Part shown: piece by piece, positions 43,117-56,674 of the stretch
How the letters are laid out: each line of letters begins with the position of its first letter
Position numbering within the stretch: the first letter of the stretch is position 1
From: the human T2T-CHM13v2.0 reference genome, Homo sapiens
Length of the DNA: 64,000 bases
Assembly (NCBI RefSeq): GCF_009914755.1
Contig: NC_060935.1
Direction: 5' to 3' (one strand)
The notes under the pieces: generated by a model
What the model was told of the DNA's origin: nothing
Database searches by the model: none
What the model saw: the letters and a program-made list of their open reading frames with translations, nothing else
Position numbers and translations under genes: made by a program

Positions 43117-44969
43117 TTAATTAAAGTATGCCCACATTTAGACCATCTCAGAAAGATTCTGGCTACCATGCATGTAGACAGTTGGTCCTTTACTCTGATA
43201 ACAGGATAAAAGTGAACTTCAAGCTGACAAACTAAGCCAACTATCCAGATATTTTGGCAAAAATTAGATTACTGTTGAGTTTTGTATTTTTTTGTTTTAT
43301 TTTGTTTTTGTGTTACTGTTGTGACTCACAGCTATAAAATAGAGAGTAGATAGCCTAGCTACTTTTATTTAAGAAGATGTGGAGTTGGGCACCTAAAACA
43401 CTATGCATTAAGGGTACCCTTAGAAACATTTGATGCTTAAAGAGAGCAATAAATAATTACAGTAATGAAAGTGAAATAAATAGGCTAATGAAGACAAACA
43501 TGGAACTTTTAAATTATTTTAGAAAATGTTTTTAATTTGTTTGAATTCAACCTAAAAAAATATAAATTCTGTGTAGATCACTGAAATATAGGCACTGTTA
43601 TACAGTTATCTTTCATATGTTTGCCTGAAATATGTTTATTTTGTTGTATTTGCCCCTTGAAGAGTGTTTTAATGCCAATGCAAATTGTTTTCACATTAAC
43701 CCAGTGGAATTCACCTTCAAATCCCAGTGCTTTCTAGGAGAGCACTGATAAATGAAAATCAATTCTATTCCACTTTATAAAGTGGTATTCTTTTGTTACT
43801 CACATTTCTTATTAAGTACAACATACAAGCTGCAGGGCAATGAAAATTATCCTTTTGCTTCTTCTGCACAGTGGAAACATTCTTAGATTGACTAGATTGA
43901 ACATTTTGTTTTCTGATTTTATGTTCAAATTCTTCATCTCTGATATATACCTGCTCATCAAATTTTGAGGATTTCCTTTGCGTTGAAATCTTATTTATTG
44001 ATGTTTTCTTCTTCGCTAATTAACATAAACCCTCAGAGCTCTCTAAGCTCAAATATACGTTACAGTGAACTAAAAATTTCCCACTGTTTACTTTAGAAAT
44101 AGGCATTTTAAGTGTCAAATGAAAATACGACCTATTATTCTAAAATAGATATTTTAGAGAGAATCTAGACAACCATCAAAAATTCTCCCACAGAGGCGGA
44201 AATGAGACAAATTAAACCTTCATTGAGATGAAACCCAGGAGACTTAGCCTGTCTACAGAAGCCAAATAGAGGCATAAGAGATTTATGAGGAAAACTGTTA
44301 TATTAATGTGAGTGAAATGCTTTGGGGGCTGTCTTTTTGATCTGGTTTTAATCATTCCAAATCCATACCTGGATTTCTTTTCTACAAATGTAACAAACGT
44401 ATGTCCCTGTTTGATCATAATTCTGTAGAAAGTCAGACTTGACATCCCTGTTTCTCAAGCTTCTTGGTGTTAGGGGAATTAAAATGTTAAACACTTGCAA
44501 GGTTTGAGATGAGGTAAACCCCCAGCTCTCTTGCTGCATTCTTTTTCTTAGCAAGGGAAAAAGAAGTCACTGGTAGTTATGTCATATCTTGTGAACATTT
44601 CTCTACTGTTCTCTCTAGTCTGTTTGTTTTATTTGTCAGTGTTTTCCTGTTGTCCTTGAATCTGTTGCTATAGCCATCTGTAAAGATTTATTTGCACAAG
44701 ATTGAGAGCTTAAGGGAACACATATTATGAATTCAACTACAGGACTAACTTCAGTGCAAGAAGAGGCAAGAAAACCTACTTAAGCCCGTATTTAAGGAAT
44801 TTTATGAAGTTACTTTTGCTGGATCTAAGGGTTAGGCTGAAATGCCATGAAGAAAGTATTATATGACAGTGGGATTTTATGCAAAGATCCAAGAATATTT
44901 AAATTCTGACCCAACCAGTCCTCCTATCCTACCTGCCGGGCAAAAAAGAAATCTGTGTTTGTTTGTGAT

Positions 44970-45205
44970 TGTGTGTGTATATATATGTATATACACATAC
45001 ATACACACATTTCTTTATATATATTCTATATATACACATAGAATATACACCTATATTAACATATATACACACACATACATATTTACACACACATATTCAT
45101 ACATTCAAGCACATACACACATACATATATACATACATATATAGTTTATATGTGTACACATACATATATTTTATATATATATTACACACATACATATATA
45201 TGCAT
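44970..45205. repeat. Degenerate (TA/CA)-rich simple repeat
   Basis: tatatacacacat-type units. Confidence 0.9.
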
Positions 45206-45762
45206 AGAAAATAATTGAAAACAGAGTCAAGTAAACCTTTACATTAATTGGTGATTTGGTCACAAGGCCCAATATAGAACTCCTATACAGTGTTTTTTTT
45301 ATTTTCTCTATAAACGTTCAAACAAAAGACAGCAAATACTTCCTTTAATGTCCGGACTAAAATTTTGAATTGTACCAATCCAGTCATTAAAGGAGTCAAT
45401 TCAAAGCACAACAAAACAGTCAACATATATGGGCACATGTACAAGAATGCAGGCAGTGTTATTCACATGCATGCTTAAGAAAGAAAGAAAATCTTTTCTT
45501 AATATCTGTTGGAGATCAACTAAACTCACTCAGTCTTCTCAAGCTAGAATGATAGGCCTGGGCTTAGATATTATATGAGACAGAAAAGGAAAATCAAAAC
45601 AGAGAGATACATGTCTGTCTCCTTAATCTTTTGGAACACTCTTACTTGTACTTAACTATAATTGTTGCAGTAGGAGACAGAGATTTTGCTTTGCATCTAG
45701 CTTTAAACAGAGCTTTAAGTCCTCCTCGTAAAATGGTTTTGGCTCTATGAAAATTTATAACC

Positions 45763-46148
45763 TGATGTGGTCTGAATGTCTCCCAAAATCCATATGTTGA
45801 AACTTAATCACCAATGTGACAGTATTAAGAAGTTGGGCCTTTAGGAGGTGATTAACTTATTAAGGTGGAGCAAAGCCCTCATGGAAGGGATTGGGGCCTT
45901 TATAAAAGGCTGAAGGAAATGAGTTCATTCCCTTTTGCTCTTCCACCTCCACCATGTGAGAACACAGCATTTATCTCCTCTGAAGCATGCAGCAATATGG
46001 TTGAGAGTGTAGCTCTCACCCAACACTAAACCTGCCAGTGCCTTAATCTTGGACTTCCCAGCCTTCAGAACTGTGAGAAATAAAATTTTTTCTATAAATA
46101 TTACACAATCTCAGGTATTTTGTTACAGCAGCACAAAAGAGTAAGACA
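45763..46148 (+). mobile_element. MST-type (MSTC/D-like) MaLR solo LTR
   Basis: tgatgtggtctgaatgt...cttggacttcccagccttcagaactgtgagaaataaa...agcagcacaaaagagtaagaca. Confidence 0.85.
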
Positions 46149-46740
46149 TATTTCAATAGACAAATGCGGAATTTGCTTTTTAGTGTTATCTGTGTAAGCA
46201 GAGTGGACGGAAATATCAAGTGTTTTCTGAGACCCTGGGCCAGATCTATTGTATTGGTAAAGCAAAATTCAGTGAACTGGGCTTCTCTGGCCAATTGAAG
46301 ATCTATAAAAGGGTAAAAATAATAAGGTGTAGGGCTATGTCACTTGGATGTGACGGTCAGTGTGAAAGTTTTTTCTGCCTTCCACCATATCTCTCCTTTC
46401 CTCCCTCCCTCCCTACTTTCCTTCCTCCCTTCCTTCTCTTGTAGTATTACTATACCCTCTCCCATAGAAAGGGAAAGAATGAATTGCGGGCCTGCTACTA
46501 CTTATTGCCTTTCCAATCAATAACTCTCACATTGTGATAATCACAATTGTGAAATCAGTGAATCTTATGTGAAACAATTTGTGAATGGATAATTCTATAG
46601 TCAGAAGAAATGACTTTTCTCAATTCTCATAGCTTCCTCAGACAAAGATTAGGTAAGCTTAGGATTTTTATTGTTTGTACATTACTAAATTTAAATATGT
46701 ATTGAGCACCTACTTGGGGTCTGACACATTTGAAGATTTC

Positions 46741-47053
46741 TTTTTTATTTCTTGACCTTCTTTTTTTTTTTTTTTGAGACAGGGTCTTGCTCTATCACCC
46801 AAGCTGGAGTGCAGTGGCAGAATCTCAGCTCACTGCAACCTTGCCTCCCAGGTTCAAATGACCCTCCTGCCTTGCCCTCCCAAATGGCTAGGACTACAGG
46901 CATGAACGACAAACCCTGGCTATTTTTTTCAGTTTTTTTCAGAGATGGAGCTTTGCCATGTTGCCTAGGCTGGTCTCAAACTCCTCCGCTCAATCTGCCT
47001 TCTTTGGCCTCCCATAGTGCTGGGATTACAGGTGTGAGCCACCATTCCTGACC
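46741..47053 (-). mobile_element. AluJ-like
   Basis: gagacagggtcttgctct, catgttgcctaggctggtc; diverged; possible TSD aagatttc. Confidence 0.88.
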
Positions 47054-47134
47054 TAAAGATTTCCTCCTTTTGATATACATGAAATTATGAATGAAATGGA
47101 AATTACGAGATTCAAAGAGTTAGGGATAGATCAA

Positions 47135-47395
47135 TCACAATGCTAGTGCCAGAAATTTTCTTGCTGCATGTTACAAATACGAATTCATTTAATTTTTACA
47201 CACATGTGCCCACATACATGAGTGTATATGAACACACGAATGAGACTGGTTCTATTATTTATTCCACTTTGTAGAGCAATAAATGAGAGTGTAGAATCCA
47301 TAAATATCTCACCCAATGTCACACGACTAGTAAGTGATGGAGCTGTAATTTGAGCAGTCTGTCTTTACTGTCTCTGCGCTTAATTATTATGCTGC
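47135..47395 (-). mobile_element. MIR relic
   Basis: cacccaatgtcacacgactagtaagtgatggagctgtaatttga. Confidence 0.65.
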
Positions 47396-48737
47396 ACTTA
47401 ACTGATATTCATGCATTAAGGTCAGCTATATGTAAGAAGTTTTACCTAATTGGAAGAGGTTAATAACACAATTTTTAATAAGAAGAATAGATGAGTAAAC
47501 AAGAGAGGGACCGAGATAAACAGAGAAATTCAAGTACTTAAATCCCTTTTATATGATAATTTCTGTTTGTGGCTGGCCCACCTGACTAGGTATTATACAC
47601 TGTTCTACTCATGTAGAACCAAAAGCCCAGACAGGTTTAGATTTGAAAGTTTAGTCAAGACTTGACATCTTTTCAACCCCAGTGCTTCCATATTAAATTC
47701 CTTTGAAATGAAAACAGTTTAGACATTAGGCCTACAAAAGATAAGAACAATCTTGCAAAGAGAATTTAAATGAAAAAAAGTCTTAGGAGATTGCTGTTTC
47801 TTGACAGTGAAACCATCATCTTTCATTCAGTCTAACTAGATAGCATCTTTTTTAGTGATGACACAATAACAGTTTATCTTTTCTCCGAAATCTGCAGGAA
47901 TAAAGTTAGGCATTTTATTTTTATTTTTTTTGCAGAAGCCCTGGCTCACAATGTTCATTTCCTCTTGATTAAAAAAAAAAAAGAGATAAAAGAACAAAAG
48001 TTTGTTTATATCTTCTCAATTTGTAACAAGACTTAACTTTTTACCTCAACTTATCCTAACAAGTAACCTAAAGCAATTTCCCAAGCTTTGTGTGTATTTT
48101 AGATTTTATTGGTGCAAAGTAACTGTTGAATCCCCAAATCAAGTCTCCCTTGATCTGTGGATAAGAGAGGTATTTTAGATTAAAAAAAATCAACTTATAG
48201 AATTATTTTAGCTATAATTTTAAAGAGGTCCCTTTGAACTCAGACGAGACTAGCATTTGTTATGATTTGGGACGTGTCTGATGATTCACAAAAGATGTCT
48301 GGTCTGCCTTCTAGAGTAGTAGCTATTGAAAATTATCCAATTAAAATGGGAGTTGGGGAAGTGAAACTCTTGGGTTATACACAACACCTAGTATTCTAAA
48401 TAAATGATTTATTTCTCCAGAAAAGACTATAGTATGAATAAAAATCCAGCTTTATTAAAACATTATGCGTTATTTCTTAATAATTTTTATTTATTATTTA
48501 TTAATTAGTTTACTTAGTGCATGTGCTGCTGAATTTGAGTGGCTGTGTATTATAGTAATATTTTAGAGAACAAAGAATAAACTGTGATTAAGGCAAAGTG
48601 CACATTTTCAATTTTTGTTTACCCCAGGCTGTCACTTAAAATAAAATGTTATCAATATTTGATTATTCCTTCCTTTCTAACACATCATAAAGTTGTGTAT
48701 CTCTATGCCTCTGCTCATGTTCCTCCAACAAGGATTA

Positions 48738-49514
<777 letters not shown>

Positions 49515-49569
49515 TTCGCTCTGTTTCTTAATGGAACATATGACACTTATATTAAGCACTTTTATTATA

Positions 49570-49830
49570 TATTTATCCAAAATTATTTATTACATACCTA
49601 CTACATGCCACATACTATTTTAGATATGTCATTAAGACATGCAAGGTCCTGCTCTCTTGAGTTTACATTCTAGTGAAGGGAGACATAATAAATATAAGCA
49701 AATTAGTGTGGAAGATACATTTAGACAAGAATAAATGCAATAATGCAAACCAAGGAAGTACAATAAAAAGTGGAAAGTTACTTAGAATGAATTTTCACAG
49801 AAATGCTGTATGAAGGGCTAAAATAATACA
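49570..49830 (-). mobile_element. L2 fragment
   Basis: acctactacatgccacatactatt...ggtcctgctctcttgagtttacattctagtgaaggg. Confidence 0.65.
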
Positions 49831-50278
49831 TTATTCTAACGTAAAGCTAAGAGCTTCTCAAGATCATAATGTATGTGTGTTTTGCACAAGGAAAGGCATA
49901 ACACCTTAAAAAATGCTTGACTTGAACTACAACACACTATTGTTCTTGGATGGATTTCCTCAAAATAGTGTTCTGATTCTTTTTGTTCGAAACTTTGTTA
50001 TTTGGTTCAATGATGCTCTAACAATGGTACATTGAGACTTTCTCTTCAAAAGGGTATCTAATTAAGAACCCACAAATTATCCTTATTGAATTTTCAATGA
50101 AATATTCATAAAGACTGAGAAGAAGAAGCAAAGATTACAACTTGGTAAGGCAAGTCTTCCAGGTAAGAAATTAGCAAATTCTGATATATTTTATTTTAAA
50201 AAAAAGTTCACAGAATTGAATACAGAAATATTGGGGGAAATACATGCATATTTTAATTTAAAAAGGAGTGCAGTCCTA

Positions 50279-50361
50279 CCAATAAGTAGGAAGACTTTCC
50301 AGTTTGTGGTATTGCTTGCCAATAAGTAGGGAGACTTTCCAGTTCATGGTATTGCTTGCCA
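50279..50361. repeat. 40-bp tandem duplication
   Basis: ccaataagtagg(a/g)agactttccagtt(tg/ca)tggtattgcttg x2. Confidence 0.95.
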
Positions 50362-50735
50362 TGGCTCAGAGATCTAAGGTTTGTACCAATCGGAAATGGG
50401 AGTTTCTGTCCCACCAATAGATAGGTTTGTTTAATGGAGAGAGTCAATTACACTGCTCTTATCAACCCACATCAGACTTGTAAAATTCTCATTCACATTT
50501 TTGAAAGAAAGCCAAATTAAAAGTAAATATTAAAAATTTAGCTTTCTTAAAGCCAATAATAACCCTTTAAAAGATAATTTAAATAAGAAATGCATATGCA
50601 GCAATGACATAAACATAAAAAAGAGAAAGGAATAAACCTAACAGCAAAAATTAGGGTACCTAGTCTTTAAAGTTTACAAAAAATATAATGTTAGATAAAT
50701 ACATATACTGAGTTTCTAGATCAGAAAATGGACTA

Positions 50736-51793
50736 CCATTATGTGTCGCTTAATGACAGGAATTCGTTCTAAGAAATTTTGTCTAGTGCAAACATTATAA
50801 AGTGTACTTACATGAGTCTAGATGGTGTAACCTACTACACACATAGGCTATATGGTATAGCCTATTGCTCCTAGGCTGTAATCTCTACAGCATGCTACTA
50901 TATTAAATACTATAGACAATTGTAATGCAATGGTATTTATATATCTAAACACAGAAAAGATAGGTAAAATATGGTATAAAAGGTTAAAAAATGGTATATC
51001 TGCATAGGGCACTTAACATAAATGGAGCTTGCAGAACTGGAAGTTGTTCTGGTTGAGTCAGTGAATGAGTGGTGAGAGAATGTGAAGGCCTAGGACATTA
51101 CTATACACTATTGTAGGCTTTATAAACACTGTATACTTTGGCTACATTAAATTTATTTTTAATTTCTTTCTTCAATTAAAAATATTAAAGCATTTTATTT
51201 TTTATATTCTTATTGTAAAAACTTTTTTCTACTTTTTTTTTTTTTTTTTTTTACTTTTTAAACTTTTGGTTAAAAACTTAGACACAAACAAAGAAAATTA
51301 GCCTAGACCTACACTGGGTCAAGACCATCAATATCATTGTCTTCTGCCTCCATATTTTGTTCCCCCAGAAGGTCTTCAGGGGCAATAACACACATGGAGC
51401 TGTCATCTTGTATGACAATAATGCCCTCTTCTAGAATGCCTCCTGAAGAACCTGCATGAGGCTGTTTTTTATAAGGAGGACCACACTCTAAAATAACGAT
51501 AAAAAGTATAGGATAATAAATATACAAACTAGTAACACAGTAGTTTGTAACCATTGTGAAGTATTAGGTACTTTACATAATTGTACATGGTATACTTTTA
51601 TAAGACTGGCAGCAAAGTAGGACTGTTTACACCAGCATCACCACAAACATATGTGCAACATGTTGCATTATTATGATAGCTGCAACAGTCACTAAGTGAT
51701 AGGAATTTTTCAGCTCCACTACAGTCTTACAGGGTCACTATAGTATATGAGGTCTGTCATCGACCAATACGTTCTGAATGTGGCATATGACTG
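50736..51793 (+). mobile_element. Tigger3 (Tigger3b/GOLEM-like) non-autonomous DNA transposon
   Basis: Decayed TIRs ccattatgtgtcgcttaatgac / tgtggcatatgactg, TA on left, internal ataggctatatggtatagcctattgctcctaggct. Confidence 0.85.
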
Positions 51794-54700
51794 TGCTTTA
51801 AAGATGTCTCTTTCCCTAAATTTGCTTACAATTTAAGGTAATGTCACTGTCTTTCAAAAAGGAAACAAAATAGAGTTTCTTGTAAACAAAAGTTAAAAAA
51901 AAAAATCAACAATCCTGAACTAAAAAAAAAAAAAAAATTCTTCAGGCAGAAGGAAAATGATGCCAGAAGGAAAATTGCCTTTGCACAAGAAATGAGGAGT
52001 GCTAAGAATGGTAAATATATAGACAGATATAAAAGACATTGTTATTTAAAATATCTTTAATCGGTAATCAGTTGTTTAACACAAATATAATAGCCATATA
52101 TTTTGGAGTTTCTGACTTTTGCAGAAACAGTGTTATGACCACACTATCTACAGAATGGTGAGGAAAATTTAAGTACACTCTGGTAAGGTACTTGTATTAT
52201 ATATGAAGTATTATAATATTATTTGAAAGTAGGCTGTGAAAAGTTAAAGATACTTATTGAAAGAGTGGAAACAACTACTAGCCCAATAAAACAGAGGTAT
52301 AGCTCTTAAGTCAAAGTAGGAGATGAAGAAAATAAGAGGAAAAAGAAACAAATAACAGGTGGCACAAACAGAAACAAATTTTAAGGTACATTAAAAACCC
52401 ACATTATCAAAAATTATATCTAGGCACTGAAACTAAAAAAGGCATGAATTGTTGGATTGGATTAAAAAGCAAGGACTAATTATATGGTGACTGTAAGAAA
52501 TTCATTTTAAATATGAAGACACAAGTTAAAAGTAAGAAGATTTAAAAAGAAATTCGATGAAAAACAAAAATTGAAAGAAAGCTGGAGTTGCTTTATTAAC
52601 ATTAGACAAAGTACATCATAGAACAAAGTACATATTACCAGTGACAAAGAAGGAAATTTCATAAAGATTTCATAAAAAGTTTCATCAGAAGGGCATAACA
52701 ATCCTGAATGTGTAGGGACCCAGTAACAGAACTTCAAAATATATGGAGTAAAATTTTATAAGAGGAGAAATAGACATATCTATGATTATCACTGGAGATT
52801 TTAGCACTTCTCTTTCAGTAATTAAACAAGCAGCCAGAAAATCACCAAGAATATCGAAGGCTTGAACAATACTGTTAACCAACTTGCACATGCTTATATT
52901 TAGAGAATAGTGCACTCAAAAACCACATTAAACATGCCTTCTTTTTAGGTTAACATGGAACATTTACTAAGGCCACATTCTGACCCGCAAAGCAAATATT
53001 AACTGGAATGGAGTGAACTTATGCAAAATAATGTTCTCTGACCAAATGAAAGTATACCAGACATAAATAAGGTGAAATCTGGAAAGTCCCCAGATATTTG
53101 AAAACAAATCAACACATTCCAAAATCCATAAGTATAATCCATAAATTAAAGAAGAAATTACAAGCAAAACTAAGAAATTCTGAATTAAATGAAAATCAAA
53201 ATGAAATATATCAGTATTTGTTGAATGGAGCTGAGCAGTACTTAGAGGAAAAATTATAATTGTAAACACTCATATTAGAAAATAAGAAAGTTCTCATATT
53301 AATGATTTTATCTTCTATCTTAAGAAACCAGAAAAAGAAATTAAACACAAAGTAAGGAGACAAAAAGAAATTCTAATAATAAAATCCAAAAGAATAAAAT
53401 AAAAACAGAAATAATAGAGAAAAACAATGCAACCATAAGCTGGTTCTTTGCAAAGATAATTGAAATATATAAAGTGTAGTCATAGTAACCAGAACAAGCA
53501 GGAGACATGAATCACAGATCCTACAAGCATCACCACAAATCCTACAAGCATCTAAAGACTAATAAATAATATTATAAACAATATATGCCAATAAATTGAC
53601 AATGAAGATAAAATATGCAAATCATCTGCAAGATAAAAACTGTTAAAGCTTACATAAGAAAAAAACAAACTAAACAGTTTTTTATGTATTAGGTAAATTG
53701 AATCTAGGTGTTTAAAATCTCCCCTCCAGTGAAAACTCCAGGCTGAGATGAATGCAACCAAACACTTATGGAAGAAATCACAGTACTTTCACACAAATTC
53801 TTCAGCAAATGGTCTTTCAATCTTATTGTAATAAGGTCAGACATACCCTGATACAAAATCCAGGCTTTACAAGGAAAAAAAATTAGAGACCAAAATGCTT
53901 CATTAATTGAATGCAATGTCTTTAACACATTTTTGAAAATAGAATCCGGCAATACACACAAAGAATAAGGATCTTACCAAGTGTAATTATATATATATGT
54001 GTAATCATCCCAAAAGATGCAAAAATAAATTTGGCAAGACTCACACCTTTCCATAATTAAATGGCAAGGAGACTATCATCAAACTAGAAATTGAAGGGAA
54101 CTCTCAACCTAATCAAAGGCATGTATAAAAACCTATAGCTGACTTCATAATCAACAGTGAAAAATAGAATACTATCCCTTTACAATAAAAACATTATAAG
54201 ATGTCTACTCATACCACTTTTATTCTATGTTGAAATAAAAGACCTAGTCAATGCAATAAGACAAGTAAAGCATACAAATCAAAGAGGAGGAAGTAAACTG
54301 TTTTAATCACAGATGACATGATTGTTTATGAGGAAAATCCTAACATACAGAAAAGTCACAAGAATGAATAAACAAATTTAGCAATGTCACAACTTATGAT
54401 GTCAATATACAAAATTTGACTGTGTTTCTGTATCTGAATTATGAATAAATGAAAATTGAAATTGAAAACAAATATTACTTACAATAGTAAGTAAAAATAT
54501 GAAATATTTAGGAATGAATTAACAATATATGTAAGATCTATAAATGAAAACAATAGAACATTGAAAACTAATAAAGACAAAATTTTAAAACAGAGAGATA
54601 TAACATGTTCATTAATCAGAAGACGCAGTATTGTTAAGACAGAAACTCTTCCCAAACAGAACTATAGATTCAATGTAATCCCTATCAAAGTCCTGACAGG

Positions 54701-55439
54701 CTTAATTTTTGAAGAACTTGAAAATCTCTTGTTTAAATGTATATGCAAATGAGAGGAATTAGAATAGTAAAAATAACTTTGAAAAAGCAGAACAAATTTG
54801 AAGGGTATACATATCTGACTGAAAGAGATACTATAAATGTTTGGTAATCAAGAGAATATGGTATCAGTGTAAGGGTAGATGTACATATTAATGGAGATAA
54901 TACAGAGTTCAGATATAGAAACAAGTATATTTGGTCAATTGATTTTCAACTAAGGAACCAAACTAATTGAATGGGAAAAGGACTTTTTTTTAAATAAGTG
55001 ATTCTATTACAATTAGATATCCATATACAAAAGAAAATAAACCTTGACCCATGTCTTATTTAGTATAAAAATCAATTTATAGGAGACAATAGATTTAATA
55101 TATTAATAAAACTTTTAAACTTCTTGTAGAAAACAAAAGAGAAAATATTGAGTTCTTGGGTTAAGCTAGCTTTCTTACATTCAACATAAAAATCACAAAC
55201 CACAAATAAAAAATGGATAAGTTGTATTGCACCAAAATTAAAAACATTTCTTCTTCAAAAGACAACACTAAATAATGAAAAAGCATAGCATACACTGGAA
55301 GAAAATATTTGTAAAATGTGTAACTGATAAAGGACTTGGATTGAGAGTACATTTTAAAAGCACTTATAACTCAATACTAAAAAAACTGTTTTAACAAGTG
55401 AGGAAAAGATTTGCACAGATACTTCAGGAGTAAAGTGAT

Positions 55440-55733
55440 GATAATTACAACAAGATGAATATAAAAACATTATGCTAAGTAGAAGACTATAGTCAGAAAA
55501 GATCACATATTATATGATTCTATTTATATGACAAGTTCAGAATAGGTGACTCTATAGAGACACAAAGTGGATTAGTGGTGGTCTGGCCTTTTGGGGATAA
55601 TAAAAATGTTCTAAAATTAGATTATGGTAATAATTGTACAACTTTGTAAATATTATCAAACCCAGGGAATTGCATACTTTCAAGAGGTAGCTTTTATGGC
55701 ACGTAAATTAGATCTAAACATGTGCTAATTAAA
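55440..55733 (+). mobile_element. Nested L1MB-like 3' terminal fragment
   Basis: aaacattatgctaagt...tatatgattctatttatatga...aaatgttctaaaattagattatgg interrupts host L1 ORF2 end. Confidence 0.7.
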
Positions 55734-56016
55734 TATTCTATGAATGGCAAGTAAGAATGCAAAAATATGTTCAGCATTATTGATAATTAAGAAAATAAAA
55801 TCAATGCCACAATGAGAAACCACTACACATCTGAAATGCTAAAATTTAAAATTTGGCCAATATCGAAAGTGAGAGAAACTTTCATATATTGCTAATTAGA
55901 ATATAAAATGGTACCTCCTCTTGGTAGACAGTTTGGCAGTTTCTTACAAAGTTAAATATATACTTTCCATGTGACCAAGAAATCTCACTCCTAGACATTA
56001 ATCCAATACAAATTTT

Positions 56017-56641
56017 TGAAGCGGAGTCAGGCTTCTAGGGTGATACCTGAGGTTCATTGCCACATGCCAAGGAAATCAAGGACGGGAACACACAGGATTG
56101 AGGTTAAGAGTGAAGGTTTAATAGGTGAAAGAAAAAGAAAAGTTCTCTCTCTTGCAGGGAGAGAGGGGCCCTGGAGCAGCTCTTCTGGTTCTGTGGTGAT
56201 ATGCTCGGGGTTTTACAGACTAGCTTGAGGAGGTGGTGTCTGATTTACATAGGCCCCAAAAGATTGGTTGGACCAGGTGTGCATTTACATAGTGTGCGAA
56301 GAAGCTGGCCGCCCCACCGTAATCTTTTATTATGCAGATGGATTCTCTACCTGGCCTTTGGGTGACAAGTTGCCTATTCCCTTACTGCACATGTGGTGAA
56401 AAAGAAAAGGGAAGATGGATCTTCCATGATGGCTCCCAGGTAGCCTATCCTTTCCTATTAGCACAGCTGCCGGCATTTACCTTTGCTAGCTTCCAGCTTG
56501 CTTATCTATGTTTGCAGCTCTATTTTTCAGGCTACTCTTGTTAGAAAATAAGCGATTTAGGGGCTGCTTTTTGTTAAAAGTGAAACCTCAAGAGTGGCCC
56601 TCACTATCTGCCTCAATAATTTCGTTCTAGGTCGTGTATCA
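56017..56641 (-). mobile_element. LTR9-family ERV1 solo LTR
   Basis: Right end ccctcactatctgcctcaataatttcgttctaggtcgtgtatca = reverse complement of recalled LTR9 start; tg...ca termini. Confidence 0.75.
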
Positions 56642-56643
56642 CT

Positions 56644-56671
<28 letters not shown>
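56644..56671. repeat. (CA)n microsatellite
   Basis: Direct reading. Confidence 0.95.

Positions 56672-56674
<3 letters not shown>

Noticed and set aside
44863-45214. His/Thr/Tyr/Ile-rich ORFs
   Set aside because: Translation of a TA/CA simple repeat.
50279-50361. CRISPR-like repeat
   Set aside because: Two abutting copies with no spacers, in primate DNA.
50842-50864. Palindrome ataggctatatggtatagcctat
   Set aside because: Part of the Tigger3 consensus as I recall it, so not locus-specific.
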